A stretch of 64,000 nucleotides of DNA from NCBI GenBank assembly GCA_012295275.1, contig CM022679.1, forward strand, positions 15,624,001 through 15,688,000, given 5' to 3'. The stretch is from Chrysomallon squamiferum (taxonomy: Eukaryota > Animalia > Mollusca). The notes under the pieces are model-generated. The model saw only the letters and a list, made by a program, of their open reading frames with translations. It was not told the origin of the DNA and did no database searches. Made by a program: the position numbers and the translations under genes. Position 1 is the first letter of the stretch, and every line of letters begins with the position of its first letter. Below, one piece after another: positions 13,018 to 27,660 of the stretch.

Positions 13018-14049
13018 CGACCATTTCAGTAACTTTCGGACTTTTTAAAAAAAAAAAATTTTGCAAGATTCCCTCTTTTAGCTCTTCAATTTTATTTTTC
13101 GATGTAAATTCACAAGCATCCTCTCCTTGTATTATATTCATAATTTCCTATTTCGGAAGTCAAAAATCAAATATAAAACTAATTTCTAAAAGAAGAAATT
13201 AAAACTACATTTAGAAAAAAAAATTGGGAATTTAAATAAAGCACCGAATCGTTTCTGTTAGCAAGAAATCTTTTCTTTGGACCTTCTAACTTGATGCTGT
13301 AAAACTATGTAAATCTTCAAAGTAATATTGATTTCACAACTCAAAATATTTATTTTAATTTGTTTATTATCATTATTATCAATGTTATTTTGGATCATTT
13401 TTCACAACTGATACGTACCCTAAAATTATATTTCGAAATCATCGACCATCTAGAAAATCAATGATGTAAGGAAAGAAAACCCATACTGCTTAAGCTAGCT
13501 CAGCTATGTCAAGTACTAACACAACTCTGAAGTTTCTATTTATGATCACATAATTGATTCCAGTAAAGCAGATTAAATTTATAATTTAAGAAAAACAACA
13601 ACAACAACAACAACAAAAGAAAAGAAGAAGAAGAAGAAAAAAAAAACCAAATCACATACACTTTACTAGAAACCAATAAATATAGAATGACAGAAAGCAT
13701 TTGGTTTGTGCCAAGATTTAACGTGAATGTCAAATAAAAACCCCAAAACAACAACTGAGAATTCCACAATTAACAATAATTTAATAGTTTGACATAAGCA
13801 ATGTTTGGTAACAGACAATGAATTGCTTTCTGGTTGGCTTTTGTTTTGTCTTAAATAAAAACCTACACTGAATCGTAGTCCAGAGTTTGCCTTGGTTATC
13901 GGAATCATGGATTTGTCTCTTAGACTTCGCTCGTAACGATTTTACACTAAGGTTTTCCTGACCTAATACAGTCCATTAATAAATATCATAACAGGCTTGA
14001 ACTAGGTCTGAATAGCAATGATGTTCTGCCAGTTTTATTTTTAAATCCT

Positions 14050-14100
<51 letters not shown>

Positions 14101-14441
14101 TTTTAGGAAACTGTCCAAAAAGCTCAGACGTATATATATGATTTCAGTAATTTACTTTCACCTTATAACTTTGAAGTAAACATATTACAGTTCCACTGGA
14201 TTGCCTAGATACCAGGGGATGTACATTTTTTTCTTGACAGAGGATCATTTTAGTCTTGTTTATGAAATCTGTGATGTGTTTTGCACACAAAATGTCACGT
14301 ACGAAAAGTTAGATGAGCGAACGTCAACTTTATGAAACTGATAATGTTAAAAATAAATAAACATGCTAAATATTATTTTCACGGAGTTGATATTAGTGGT
14401 TTGTTTTATTTTTTATTTTATTTATTTATTTATTTATTATC

Positions 14442-14478
<37 letters not shown>

Positions 14479-14939
14479 TAACAAATAACAAACAAAGGAA
14501 AACAACGTTTTTTAAAGTGCCATACAAATATTAGGTTTAGTATCCTTTATGATGATAAATTAAAAAGCTGATTAGTGGAAGAGGAGAAAAGAGAATGCAT
14601 TAGGAAAAAAAAAGCAACATATCCTCAGTAATATGAACTAAAATGCAAAGAGAAAAGAAGGGAATTTAAGACTGCAATTCTTATTATGGACACATCTTGC
14701 ATATTATAATATCTCCTGAAATACTGAAACCAAAACTCGCTTGATCAAAAGCTTTGGCAATAAACAAGGGTCTCCAAAAAGCGCATCGATGAACTGGTTC
14801 AATAGCATATAAATACTACAAGGAGGTCTTACTCTGCTTCTTTGTGGATAATCGGAATGAGTTTATTACAGTCACAGAGCTTTTGTCACTGCTGGCCTCA
14901 TAAGGACGAAAGGGAAGAATTAAGGATTGAAAGTAAACA

Positions 14940-17215
14940 TTGAAGTTCAGAGTCAAAGTGGTATCGCTTCCAAGAGGGAGTGCGACTTAACACATTGGTT
15001 TTTCATCGAGCTAATAACAACTACTTGAAATTAATCCTTGTTTGTCTAGCAAATTGAAACCACTCTTGGAATGAATGGCGTAAGGCTGCACGTCTAATTC
15101 CCAAGGATTCAACACCAAAGAGTCTAACACGCATTGCAATTGGAAACTAATCCAGGTATAAGGTTGGTGCAAGGAACACGACACCCGATTGCAATTGGTT
15201 CCTCCGCCTACCTATTAATTTAGTCTTTTTCCTTCAACAAACCGTCATCATGTGTTGTTTTGTGAACTATGACCCTGCCTTAGACAAAGGCATTAACGCT
15301 GCACAAAAGATAACAGCGTACATCACCCTTTGTTATCCTCTCCACCTCCCCAATCCATCAATGCCTTCGAATACGGACATAGATCCTGCATATTCAGCTG
15401 TGGTTTCAATAACCCAGCCAACAGAAAGCTTTCCGCAGAACGGTTGTTACAAAGTGAGCATACCATTGATTTAATCTCTTAGCCTGTTAATCATCAGCTT
15501 TGACAAGAAGGTAGCATGGAATTACGCACAAAATGTGCCGTAGACTGAAAAGCTACGTCGTGTTTTTCACTACCTGCTTATAGACACTAAGCTTTTGGGT
15601 TACGCACAGCTGCAGTCGACAAAAAAGAGTTGATTGGGTGTTTTCAAGGACAAAACGTTACAGATTTCAAAGAGGAATATAAGTTATTGTTTTGCTTAGA
15701 ATCAAGCAGACAAAGAGAGGAGACTGACCTTACAAGCATGGCAAATCCGTCTAACTCAAAAGATAGCTTTCCGTTTTGACTGTAAACATTAATTTGTCCA
15801 TATTGTTAAAACGGCTCAACTAAGAGCATATTGGATATTCTGACACTAGCATTAAATTTTATAAACAATTTCACAAAAAACACTATCTGTGCCATCGCCT
15901 TCAGAAAAAGAAAAAAAAGTATGACAGTAAGCAAGACAAAGGGGTATTTTGAAGTAAACTGTGATCATTAATCTGAACAAATCTTTCATGTAAAACACTT
16001 TAATGCTTATTTTTATTTTTATTTTCAATTATGAAATAAAATATGGTAAACCTTAGTCATGTTCTGCTTATTTGGTCTTTGTCTTCTTTATTACTTAAAG
16101 TTTTTCGGTACAGAAATTTGAGAAACTATTGCTTAGACTTCACTTTTATGCAAAAAGACCATTCAAAAATACATAATTTTTACACAGCTTGTTCAGAACT
16201 GCTAGACACAAAGATTTTAAAAATAAAACTGAATAACTAACGTTTATATAAAGATCAGTATCTGAACAACAAACTTATAGAGACTTTTAATTAGTCATGA
16301 ATATATACTTTCGCAGACTAAAAAAAAAAAAAAAGGAATATTCATTTTGTTCATTTAATAAATAACATATACAATATAAATTGTTATCTCTTTATATTCC
16401 GTTCTAGTCCTTGTATGGAAGATGATAGCTTGGCTGCCAAATGAGGCACGACATCCTACTGGAGGAATCAAGCATCTCATGGATTCTTTGACCTTCAAGA
16501 ACAGTTAAACACCGAGGGTGTCAAAACGGTTCTATTGTTGTTGCTACGTTTAGTTCTGAGAATAACACCTGGCTAGTATACATCATCTACACAACGGATC
16601 TTATTCCTGCATGGACACCGACAGCCCCACTCAAAAGATACAATTACCGATGATTAAAAAAACACAGCGTGACCTAAAACCAGCTGGACTTCAGCAAGAA
16701 AGGGGTAATATTATCTGCATGGGTAAACCGGACCATGCCGGCCAGTTCAAATTTTAAAATTATATATGTTGTGTTTTCTGTCCGTCAATTACACTATTTT
16801 AACGCAATTGACACTGAACTATGTTTTGCTTTTTATTTGTTTTCGTGGCAATCTTTTTTCTAAACAATTTGGAAAATTTACCAAATGTGAGATCTTGCTA
16901 ATATATGGTTGGTTTTGGATTTTCAGTAGAAATCCAATGGTCACTGGTGACCAACGAAATCAAATCCGATGAACGACCAAGACGGCATATCTCTGCTAGA
17001 CGGAGTACAATGGGTGGTTGTGACACCAGTGGCTAATGGAGATAAGAATCAGTTAAAACAACATTGTCTCAAGGTCTGGCTTAAATGATGAACTCATAAG
17101 ACCGAAACAGATTTCTAACAGTGGCTTGCAGCATTGTGAGAAATCTGTGTCCGAACAATTTGACTCTGAGGGGGTTCGATTTATTGAAAATTGGTTGAAC
17201 ACAATATTAAAGGAA
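14940..17215 (+). mobile_element. Highly decayed CRE-like non-LTR retrotransposon (RT plus C-terminal restriction-like endonuclease)
   Basis: Motif remnants lie in the expected order across frameshifts: VVSLPRGSA (14958), AARLIPKDSTPKSLTRIAIG (15085), INAFEYGHR (about 15357), SSA..QEG (15491-15512), AY-D (15576), EARHPTGGI (16443), SAWVNRTMP (16714), GFSVEI...SDERP/DGISL (about 16917-16995) and QFDSEGVRFI (about 17156). Compared from memory with the CRE motifs SFPxGSA, ARLIxLxKxxGxRPIAVG, NAFN, SxxGVQQG, YLDD, LPxxxGGLG, GAWLxAxP and RPDG. Confidence 0.6.
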
Positions 17216-17232
17216 GAAATCCGAGAAAAATA

Positions 17233-17299
<67 letters not shown>
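17233..17299. repeat. (TAAA)n microsatellite at the 3' side of the CRE-like fossil
   Basis: Perfect tetranucleotide run. Confidence 0.95.
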
Positions 17300-19219
17300 A
17301 ATATGTGATATGGAAATACTGTCATCATCATCATTAGCATTATTATTATTATTATCAGCAGTAACAGCAGCAGCAGCATCATCACCAGAATCATAATCAT
17401 TATCATCGTCATCGTTATGACTCTTAAGGTTGCAACAAACTCAGTTACAAAAGAGACGCTGCTTGCTTTGTCTTTGCTGGAAAAAGGATCCTGTATACAG
17501 TAACGTTTTCTTCTGGTTCAGCGGGCGAATTAGTCACAGAACTCCAGCCACGGGTCAGAAGTGAACCACGAAAACGGGTGCAGCGTGTTGATTTTGTCGG
17601 AGTTTTACTAATTTGATTACGCATATTTAACCTCAGACATAATACAAGCCTGGCTTCTCTGACCAAAAGGATCTGCAAGACTGCATTGTCAGGCTGATCG
17701 CACACTTTGATGGGGATTAAGGAAAGCTCTGTTCGGCTACTGAGGTGCGGAAAAGACGATTGACCCCCTGTCTGCTTCGCCTGACATCTCCGAGAAGATC
17801 CTTGTGTGCATAGCGGTTGGGCCGAGCAGAAAATGTAAATAAAACAGAATATCAAATTTAAACGCAGTACAGTGATCCATGGCTAAAAAATTTGAGTTTT
17901 TTATATTTTTAAATAGTGGGTGGGGGAGAAACGTTTTCAGTAGCTAAGTGTTCAATCTCAGACCGTATTCTCGTGCCTCTTTGTCGTGTCAAACTTTTTG
18001 ACCTCTGCACGCCAAAGATTTCCAGATCAGCGAACTCTTTGTTATGCTGGAGGTAAAAATGTTTATTTGCATGCAAATGTAAGCTTGAACAGCATACACT
18101 TGTTTAGACAGAGGTTTTTGAGGAGGTATAGCTGTCAGAGATGCATGCTTTCCAGCGCAGGAAGCAATAAACTGAATATAGACAGAAATATTTTCTTTTA
18201 TACTTCTCGATTTTTGTTTTTGGATTGTAGTGATGAACCACTTCATTTCGGAAATCACAGGTTTTTATGGTAATTAATAAATGTATAAAATCCATAAAGA
18301 TTAATAATTCATAATTCCAGTTTCAACTCCAAAATTGCAAAATTATGTTTATTAAAATAGAGAGTAATTGTAAATTAATGGCAAGACCAGATACAAGAAT
18401 GACAAAAACACCAATAAACCCATTATTAATAATACGTCTACTACTTTTACAGCAACAATAGCAACAACAACTATTATTACTATTATAATTATTATTATTA
18501 TTACTGTTATTATTCAAAACTGCATACTTTTTATGTATTAAAATGAAAAAGTTTATGTTTGACATATTCATTCATTCATTCATTTATTCAACTTGAAAGA
18601 CTAAAGTGAAATCGTCAAATTACTCGTATTTTTTTATATTTCAAAATAATTACTCATCACCACATTTTCTCTTGATCACATTTCATTTCATCTTCACTAT
18701 TTTGGTACAGTTTTACTTTTCTGAATTTTGGTTTCCGACTGAAGTAAACATCCAAACTGTTTTCTGTTACTTGTAGCGCAACCTAATGTGTAATTTTAAT
18801 GATAAATACTCTTTTAAATAATTATATGTTAAATAAAAGGATTATTTGAAAAAAAAACTATCTAAGGCAACGATGATTATCTGTGTCTGTGTCTATGTAT
18901 GTATGTATGTATGTATGTATGTATGTATGTATGTATGTATGTATGTATGTATTGTGTATGTATGTATGCATGCATGTATGTATGGGTCTATGTATATGTA
19001 TGTTCATGAATATATGTTTTTGTGCAAATGAAATATCTTTAGTTTTTAGTAATAAACCTCTTGTATGTGAAAATGGTTTGTTATAACAAAATCGGCTATT
19101 TTCACATTAATTTTTCATTAACATTATATAAACTATAAAAAAAAAAAAAAGAAAACAAACCCCATATAATAAAAAGAGTCATAAAAGATATTAGATATTA
19201 CTTATTTTTAAAATTCCGT

Positions 19220-19407
19220 TTTATATTAATTAATATTAAATCTGATCTGTACCATGTCCTGCCTTTTAAATTTTAAATCATTAATATATATTTTTAGACA
19301 TACAGAATTTATTTTAAATTCAGATTTATATTAATTAATATTAAATCTGAACCCTACAGTGAATTTTAAATTTTAAATCATTATTTTAGACTAACAGAAT
19401 TTATTTT
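19220..19407. repeat. Tandem duplication of about 105 bp containing a near-perfect 33-bp palindrome (19319-19351)
   Basis: TTTATATTAATTAATATTAAATCTGA occurs at 19220 and 19325, and downstream blocks TTTTAAATTTTAAATCATTA and ACAGAATTTATTTT also repeat. The palindrome is TTCAGATTTA-TATTAATTAATA-T-TAAATCTGAA. Confidence 0.85.
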
Positions 19408-19429
19408 TGTTGTTGTTCAGAAGGATCCA

Positions 19430-19920
19430 CAACCCCACCCACACAATGTTGATTTCCCCGCCCTTAAAAAGGGCCAACCTTTCTGAAGACAACAATGTTG
19501 GCAAACAGTTCAACCTCCAGACTGAACTTCAAGGGGAAACGTAGAAGTCATTAAATATTACAGCCAATCGCTCGCCGCCAACGAAGAGTATTGCATTACT
19601 AGGTATCTGGAAGTTTTAACACGAGTGAGGGGTACCGCTTATATGGACGAATCCGAATGACTGCCGGCTACCGGCTAAACTGACAACTCTCGCATAGCTG
19701 GGATGTTTCGTTGTTGGGCAAATTAATGGACCTTCGGGTTATCGCTTTCCCAAAGTGACAGCGCAGGGAAAATAAATGATCGTTTCTAACAAACATTGTT
19801 CTTAAGTGACGTCGCGAAATGACAAAAGGGGAGGGAACAGACTCCTTCGCTGAGGAGCGCTTGCAAAACTGGACATTGCCCCAAAATACGGATTTTCTCG
19901 TCACTGGCTGTGTGACGTTA
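19430..19920. promoter_or_regulatory. GC-richer promoter/enhancer-like island
   Basis: Contains CCCCACCC, CCCCGCCC, CAGCCAATC, CArG-like GCTTATATGG and TGACGT half-sites, has high CpG density and lacks a convincing ORF. Confidence 0.4.
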
Positions 19921-20431
19921 TATTAATGAAAACGGGTATCGTTTATCAGGGTATTCATCTTAATAGCCAGGTAGATTTTGAAAACACACTGTAAATATAA
20001 TAGCATGGGATTAATACATCCAGATATGCCAAGAGCTTCACATCATATACATTAATGCTGGAGACAATGGTTTGCTTAGACGGAAATTTTGCTAGCATTT
20101 TTTTCTTTTATTCCAATTTTTTCCATTTGTGTATGTGTGTGTGTCCATTTGTATGTGTATCCGTTACCTGATATTTTTTTCTGGTTAAGGACAAAAACAT
20201 TGAAATTACTATATCTGACACAATTATTTTGTGCGAATTAATGCCATTTAGAAACCGGCGCCAGAATTAACTGGAACAATTTTCACCAAATGGAATTGTT
20301 TTTAAAGTTTCAAAACTGTATTAATTATAGCATATCCTGCATGCATATGTGCCCACCCACACATCTATCTCAAAACACAGTCAGATATAAAAAATTATAA
20401 TCAAATAGTAACTAACTAACTAACTAACTAA

Positions 20432-20482
<51 letters not shown>

Positions 20483-20660
20483 AATAAAAGTCAGTGAAAA
20501 CCATACTAACACACAGTTATATATAAATCCATAACATTTCTTTCTTTTTTTTAAAACCACCAACACACTTATTATCAAAAATACATTTACTACAAACAAG
20601 TTCATAATGTTGAAAAGTATAGAATATATAGATACTACTACAAGGTATATAATAATATGC

Positions 20661-20709
<49 letters not shown>

Positions 20710-21705
20710 AATAAATATTTATAAATAAAAGAACAATAAATTATTAATTTTCTATCTTTTCGGATAAAGTCTGGTTATTAATAGAATAGTAGTTAAATAT
20801 TACTTGACTATTAAATGCTAATTTCAAAATAATAATAACAACAACAACAACAACAACAATAATAATAATAATAATATATTATCAAAATTAACATCAAGAC
20901 AGAAAAAAAAAGTAATAATAAAAGGAAATTAAAATGAAACCTAAGGAAAAAAGCAACATATTTCGCAAAAAATTAACCATCAAATATTTACACATTAAAA
21001 TGAATAAAATTTTCAATCAATATATGTTTTTTCTAACAAAATTAAATACATGTCGAGTAATAAATTTTTTTTATATGACTTATTAAACATCGATTGATTT
21101 AAACATTCATCTATCATAAAACAAAATTGTCTATTTCACTTTCAAACTCAATGACTCTGGCCATCACTTTTTCACGTAATTGATGAGTATACATTTTGCA
21201 AAAATTCTTTTTTTTTTTTTTTTTTTTCTTTTTTCTTCTCATTTTTCACTCCCTCTTCTGTTTTGTTTTCATTACAAAGCAAAAATCAGAAGACTAATTT
21301 GGTTTAAAGATTTTCTTCGTGCAGGAAGAATCGTGTCTAGGTTTTCTTGGTATCACTTTATAAGCCACTTTGAGATAAGAATGAAAAGTATCAATACTTT
21401 TGCACGGTGTCTGTTGCACGGATTCCCACTGAGACGCGTGCTAAGGCTTTAACGGTAAATATGGAAATTTGTTTTCTTAAAACAGCGGCTGTAATTGACA
21501 CACGAATATTCACTCACGTGTTAATTTGCATTAATAAGCGAATTATAATACTATATGTTAATTTCTTCTTGTATATATTTACATCATATTTTTATAATTA
21601 TTATTATTAATTTAGCTTTTGCAAAATTTTTAAAACACTTCCAGATAAACTAATATTTTCTTATAGTACTTCATATTTTTCTATTATTATCTAGTATTTA
21701 TTATC

Positions 21706-21748
<43 letters not shown>

Positions 21749-22290
21749 TCAAAAAGTAATTGTTTTAAAATATTTCCAAGTAATATGACATATATAATAA
21801 TATTACAAATTGTACAGACTTTTCTTCATATTTTTTTCTTTTTCATATTATGTAAACAATATCTTAAAAGAGTTTCTAGTTAATAACACCATGATTATAA
21901 TATTAACATTTTCTTATAGATATTATTACAAGGTGTAGTCATTATTTATTTATTTAATAATAATAATAATAATAATGATTATGATGATGATGATAATAAT
22001 AATAATAGTAATAATAAAAACAATACTATTATTATTATTATTATTATTATTCGTTTGTTTGATTGTTTGTTTGTTTGTTTGTTTGTTTATTTGCTATTAT
22101 TATTTTTTTTACAGTTATTTAAAAGCGGTTTCATCACTAAATTTCGCTTTGTTTAAAATTATTTTCATACCAGCAATAAAGTAATAAGTAAGCCAATAAA
22201 TATGTTAATATATATCACATAAACACGAACATTAGTCACGTTCACAAAGAGTCATTATTTATCCTTGTAAATAAAAGTATGTTTACTTAC

Positions 22291-22368
22291 CTAATTTATA
22301 GAATGTGTCTGTTTCATATTTTATACAGGTGTTGCTCTCCTTCGTCTTCTGACATCAGTATTCATAAA
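22291..22368 (-). other. Candidate non-coding (5'UTR or lncRNA) exon, 78 nt
   Basis: Minus-strand acceptor ATTTATTTATCTTGCAG| and donor TAG|GTAAGTAA. All three frames contain stops. Confidence 0.45.
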
Positions 22369-23065
22369 CTGCAAGATAAATAAATACATAAATAAGTAAG
22401 TAAGTAAATAAATAAATAAATAAAAAATAAATAAATAAATACATATATAAGTAAGTAACTAACTAAGTAAATAAATTATTTAAATTGATAAACAGAAAAA
22501 TAAATCACGACAGACAACAGCAGCAGTAGCAACAACAACAACAACAACAACAACAAAAAATAATAATAATAATAATAATTATAATAATAAAGAGATTTTT
22601 CAAAAATATTATAATTATTGGTTCTTCAAAATTAACTTTTCCAGTGTATAAATAATTCATATATTAATATGATAATCAATAAACAGGTGAACATTCTAAT
22701 TAATCAGTGTCAGCAAATAAGACTTTAAAGTCTGCATGGTTTAAAGTTAACTGATAAAATAAAAATTCTCATTAATATTTAGCACATTTTACTTTTATAA
22801 AAATTAATATAGAGCATAAAAGGAAACTGGCTTAGTTCAGTGCAGTGCATATTTTTTATTATTGCATTCTTTGAAACTGAAGATTTATTTGGTACTGTTT
22901 GAAGAATACTAGTTATAAATGCTTATTTATAATAACTTGTTTTGTTGATATATATTTATGGATGCTTTTTGTTAGAAAATTTATATGGATATGTGTTTTA
23001 TGTGGTTTATTTAAATATCTGGCAAAACAGACTGATATTTTGATTTGGTTGTTTGAGAATTTTTT

Positions 23066-23129
<64 letters not shown>

Positions 23130-24506
23130 GTTGTTGTTGTTGTTATGTTGTTTTTATCATTTTTACTATTGTCAACATCGGTTTATTCGGTTTGTTTATT
23201 TATTTATTTATTTATTTATTTTGTGTCACTCATGACAGGGAATAGGAGTTATTTATCATTTTAATTTATCAGCCAATCTTACATATTTTTACTTATTTCT
23301 GAGTTCAAACAGTATTACCATGACGACAGCTACACCTAACGGGAATGTGAACAAATTAAACCACGCCCCCAACTATGCTATGTCGAAGCGTGGAAGAAAA
23401 GTTTAAGAAGAACACACAGCGGATATTAAAGATTAAAAACAGCTTATGAAATGTTGTAACATTACACCTCTTTTATCTCTCGCTATGTATAACCCAGCCC
23501 TTGCCCTGTCTGATAATGAGAAACCTTGATGACAAGATGTTAATATTACTTGTGTTATTCGCCCAGGTTTTACAGAGTTGAGCCAATTTAACAAGTTATC
23601 TGTGATATAAGAATTTGAAATGTCGTGTCTCCACGTATTGTAAAATGGTGTGCAAAATCAGATTAGGATTTAAAAAAGCTGTTTTCTGATATGAAGTTAA
23701 GATGGTGGTTTAATCAAATTTCAAATCGCTGAAGAATTACTGAGCAGTAAAAATTTAATTCAGGGATGTTTTATTTGTTTATATATATATATTTTTTTTT
23801 TACCATGAAAAAATAATAAAATAAACAACAAAAAATAATAATATAATTTATTTTAAAAAACCTTAAATTAAATTAAATTAAAAAAAAAACTTAAATTAAA
23901 TTAAATTAAAAAAAAAACTTAAATAAAATAAAAATAAAAATAAGTAAAGAAAATAAAGAGAAAGAAACGAAGAAACGAACAAAAACATTTAATTTTGTTG
24001 ATTTAAAATTATTCCCCCCCAAAAAGGATTAAATTTATTTTAATGCTGTATTTTAACAGCGAAACAAACAAACGAAAAACAGCACAAAGTAAGTAAAATA
24101 AAACAAACAAACAAACAAATAAAAAAGACGAACAAACAAACAAACAAACAAGAAAATTAAATTAACAGATAGACAACAGCGACACCAACCACTAGATTAA
24201 GGCTGGATAAGAAAATTATATTTCTACAGAAACTTGCGAAAAACAACACCTTTGGCTTTTTAATATTATTTATTATTTATTTAGTTCTAATGAAGTGTTA
24301 TGTTTATGAGAAAATAGTATATTTATTTTCGTTTCTCTTGTTAATAGTCACTCAAATGAATCGCCTCCGAGGCAAAGGGTCTATGAAAAGAACGAATTCG
24401 ATTTTTTTTTTATGAAGAACTGTCAAGCAAAGATTTAAGATATCAAGGCCTGAAGCCAGTTTGTGACGTTTCATCAACAGCAGAGGTGCAGAGAGAGAGA
24501 GCGAGG

Positions 24507-24727
24507 TTTCTAAATTCAACCAATGTGAAGTACAAGGTTATGTTGGGGATATTCACTCAAAGTGACGTATATGGCTAGATTTTGGACTTTCCTAAATTCA
24601 GCTAAGCTAGAGTTTGGACTTTCATACTTAGAATAGTTTTGTAAATTCAGGCAATGTGAGGTACAACGCTAAAGTTTCAGTTTTCAACCAGTGTAATAAG
24701 ATTAGAGATGTTTACTAAATTCAACCA
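24507..24727. repeat. Degenerate mosaic minisatellite
   Basis: TAAATTCAACCAATGTGAAGTACAA (24511) resembles TAAATTCAGGCAATGTGAGGTACAA (24642). GCTAGA(T/G)TTTGGACTTTC occurs twice and TAAATTCA four times. Confidence 0.6.
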
Positions 24728-24878
24728 CTTTTGTTATTTCAACGAATTACAGATAAAGAGTTTGAATTTTCTTTTTTCTTTAAAGGAAATGAAATTTCGA
24801 AGAATTCTATTTTCCTATACTGTACAAAGATAAAATTTAAATGAATATTGTGAACTGTGAACTTTAAAGAACTTTCAA

Positions 24879-24946
<68 letters not shown>

Positions 24947-25849
24947 TTATAATAATAATAATATATTAAAATCAGTAATATTTATTTAAAAGTAATTAAG
25001 ATAATAAAAGATAAAACAAACAACTAAATCCACTCATTTTAACATTAGATGTGTCATTCTGAACCCTGCTGGAGCCCCACCGTGTCCAAAATTCTGTAAT
25101 AATGTGGACTCGTTGTTGAATCTCCGGTTTTTGTGGAAGTCTAATTGGGCGGAACGATTTTCAAACCGGGTTTTAGAACCCAACTTTTCACCCTCTCATT
25201 TCTCCCTTACCTAACCACTGCTGTAATGGCGGCTGTTGTCTTGATGAACTGCACACATTTATGTCAAAGTGGAGAAAAACTTCTAACTGCCTGGCTTCCA
25301 TGTCTACCATTCATTTAAGTTTATATTTATTAGAGCTGTATTTTCAGTTAGAATCACATACTTGTACTCTGCTGATCTAATGTTGTATTTTTAGACTTGA
25401 AAGTAAAATGTTGTTTTCCTTCAAAGTATACAATATGCCTATCATACACAACTTGGTGTTATCCTTTTTTAAAATCATTTAATAAAATATTTTGAGTTTG
25501 ATGATTAGTTTGGTTAGTTACTTTTAATATACACATTAATTTTAATTATTAGTATTTTTTAATTTAGCAAAACATATATTGTGAAAACTGAAACAGAATA
25601 AAAATAAACGTTGTTGTTTGTTTGTTTTCCTATTTTAAGCAGGTTCGAAACAAAAATAAAAAATAAAAAAGTCAAAATCTGAAGCATAAAAATACATTTC
25701 TGAGATATAGAGATTGTTTTCTTTCTAATATATGTTTTTTTTGTTTTTTTTTTCTTTTAAGCTATTTATGCAATGTATATAAATAATACACAGTAATTAA
25801 GTTTTAAATGTTTAGAAAACTAAACCAAATCAGTTTACTAGTCATAATT

Positions 25850-25919
<70 letters not shown>

Positions 25920-26517
25920 TTATTTTATTTTGTAATTTATCTATTCATTTACATAATTTTTGTGGTTCTTTCGTCCTTTTTTTTTTTTTTTTTATTTATT
26001 TATTTATTCATTTATTTATTTATTTAATTATTTATTATTATTATTATTATTATTTTATTATTTTATTTTATTTTATGTTATTTTATTCTTTTTTTTTTTG
26101 TTGCTTTTTGTTATTGTTTTTAGTTTAGCTATTTATTTAATGTGTTATTTATCGGTTAGCAATTTAGCTTGTATTTTTTTTTTTTGTTGTTTTTTTTTTT
26201 TTTTTTTTTTCACTATTATTATTTCCTTTACATTTGGTTATTTAATGATAAAAAAAACTTTTAGTGTATTTCAAGATTTCTATAAAAAAAAAATTCCATG
26301 CATTTGAACGCGAAATCAACAGAGTTACAGAAATAACTTAAACAAAATGCTGAAATAACCGAATGAAAAAACTGGTCTTACGTAATAACATTTGTTTTTA
26401 AATAATACTGAAATTTAATATTTACGCGCATGCGAATTTTAAATCACGTTTGAATTAAAACAGAAAAACAGTCAGCGTAACCTTTATTTTATTTTATTTA
26501 TTTTGTTATTTACTTTG

Positions 26518-26614
<97 letters not shown>

Positions 26615-26987
26615 AAATTTAAACACGAAAAATATAAAATTAGTCTTGTTAATATCTCGAGATATTCAGACATCCCCTTCAAATAGGATATATAAGTATT
26701 GAAAACTCTTTTAAAATTACTGTGGAAAAAAAATAAAAAATAAAGTTTACACTGACATTATTATATTAATATATAAATAAAATAAAATAAGATAAGCTAA
26801 AATAAAATAAACAAATAAATAAAACTAAAAAGGATAAATTTTGATAGAGGTAGTATTTTATTTGTGAAAAAAAAAAAAAAACCCCATTTTAACTCTCTTT
26901 TCTAGACATCCATCCAACATTCATCCATCCATCAATACATATTTACATACACATATACACAGACATATACATACATATATACATATA

Positions 26988-27071
26988 TACATACATACAT
27001 ACATACATACATACATACATACATACATACATACATACATACATACATACATACATACATACATACATACA
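26988..27071. repeat. (TACA)n microsatellite; others include (TATG)n at about 18895-18952 and 44395-44436
   Basis: Read directly from the sequence. Confidence 0.95.
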
Positions 27072-27619
27072 CACACATACAAATTGCATACCTAAACATT
27101 CACAGTATATATCCCCATACTTTTTTCCTCTTTCTTTAATACACGTAGTTACAGAGAAAGAGAGAAGAGAAAGTGGCAGACAGGACTAAATGGAAACTAA
27201 CGTATTACCAGCACTGATTAATTAGTAAGTGCAAGGTCGCAACAGTTTGTCAACGAACGACAACTCGAACTCGTGTTGCGCGATCTCCCCAGCGATTACT
27301 CGTTGACGAATAGCACGTCAGCAGCACTTGCTGTTTGTATTAATTGTGACGTTGAAGTGAAACTGACAAGTTGTCTGTCGGGATGTTTTTCACACAGGAG
27401 TGTATTGTTCACGTGCAGGCCAACCTTTGTTTACAGCACGACACGTAGTGACCTGCACGGTCCCGTTAGAGAACTCTTTACAGCTGGAGGCAAAATTTTC
27501 CACAAATTAATTAAAAGAAAAAAAAGATAGTAATAATTAATCCAATTACAAAAAAAAAAAAAAAAAAAAAAAATTAAATGGAAATAATAATATAAATAAT
27601 AATACTATTAAAAAAAAAA

Positions 27620-27660
<41 letters not shown>

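Noticed and set aside
19459-19475. Histone 3' stem-loop-like sequence on the minus strand (GGCCCTTTTTAAGGGCG)
   Set aside because: It has a five-nt loop and a mismatched base pair, and there is no histone ORF upstream.
23320-23406. 28-aa ORF MTTATPNGNVNKLNHAPNYAMSKRGRKV*, containing an RPL23-like MSKRGR
   Set aside because: It is too short, the similarity stops after six residues, and there is no splice donor.
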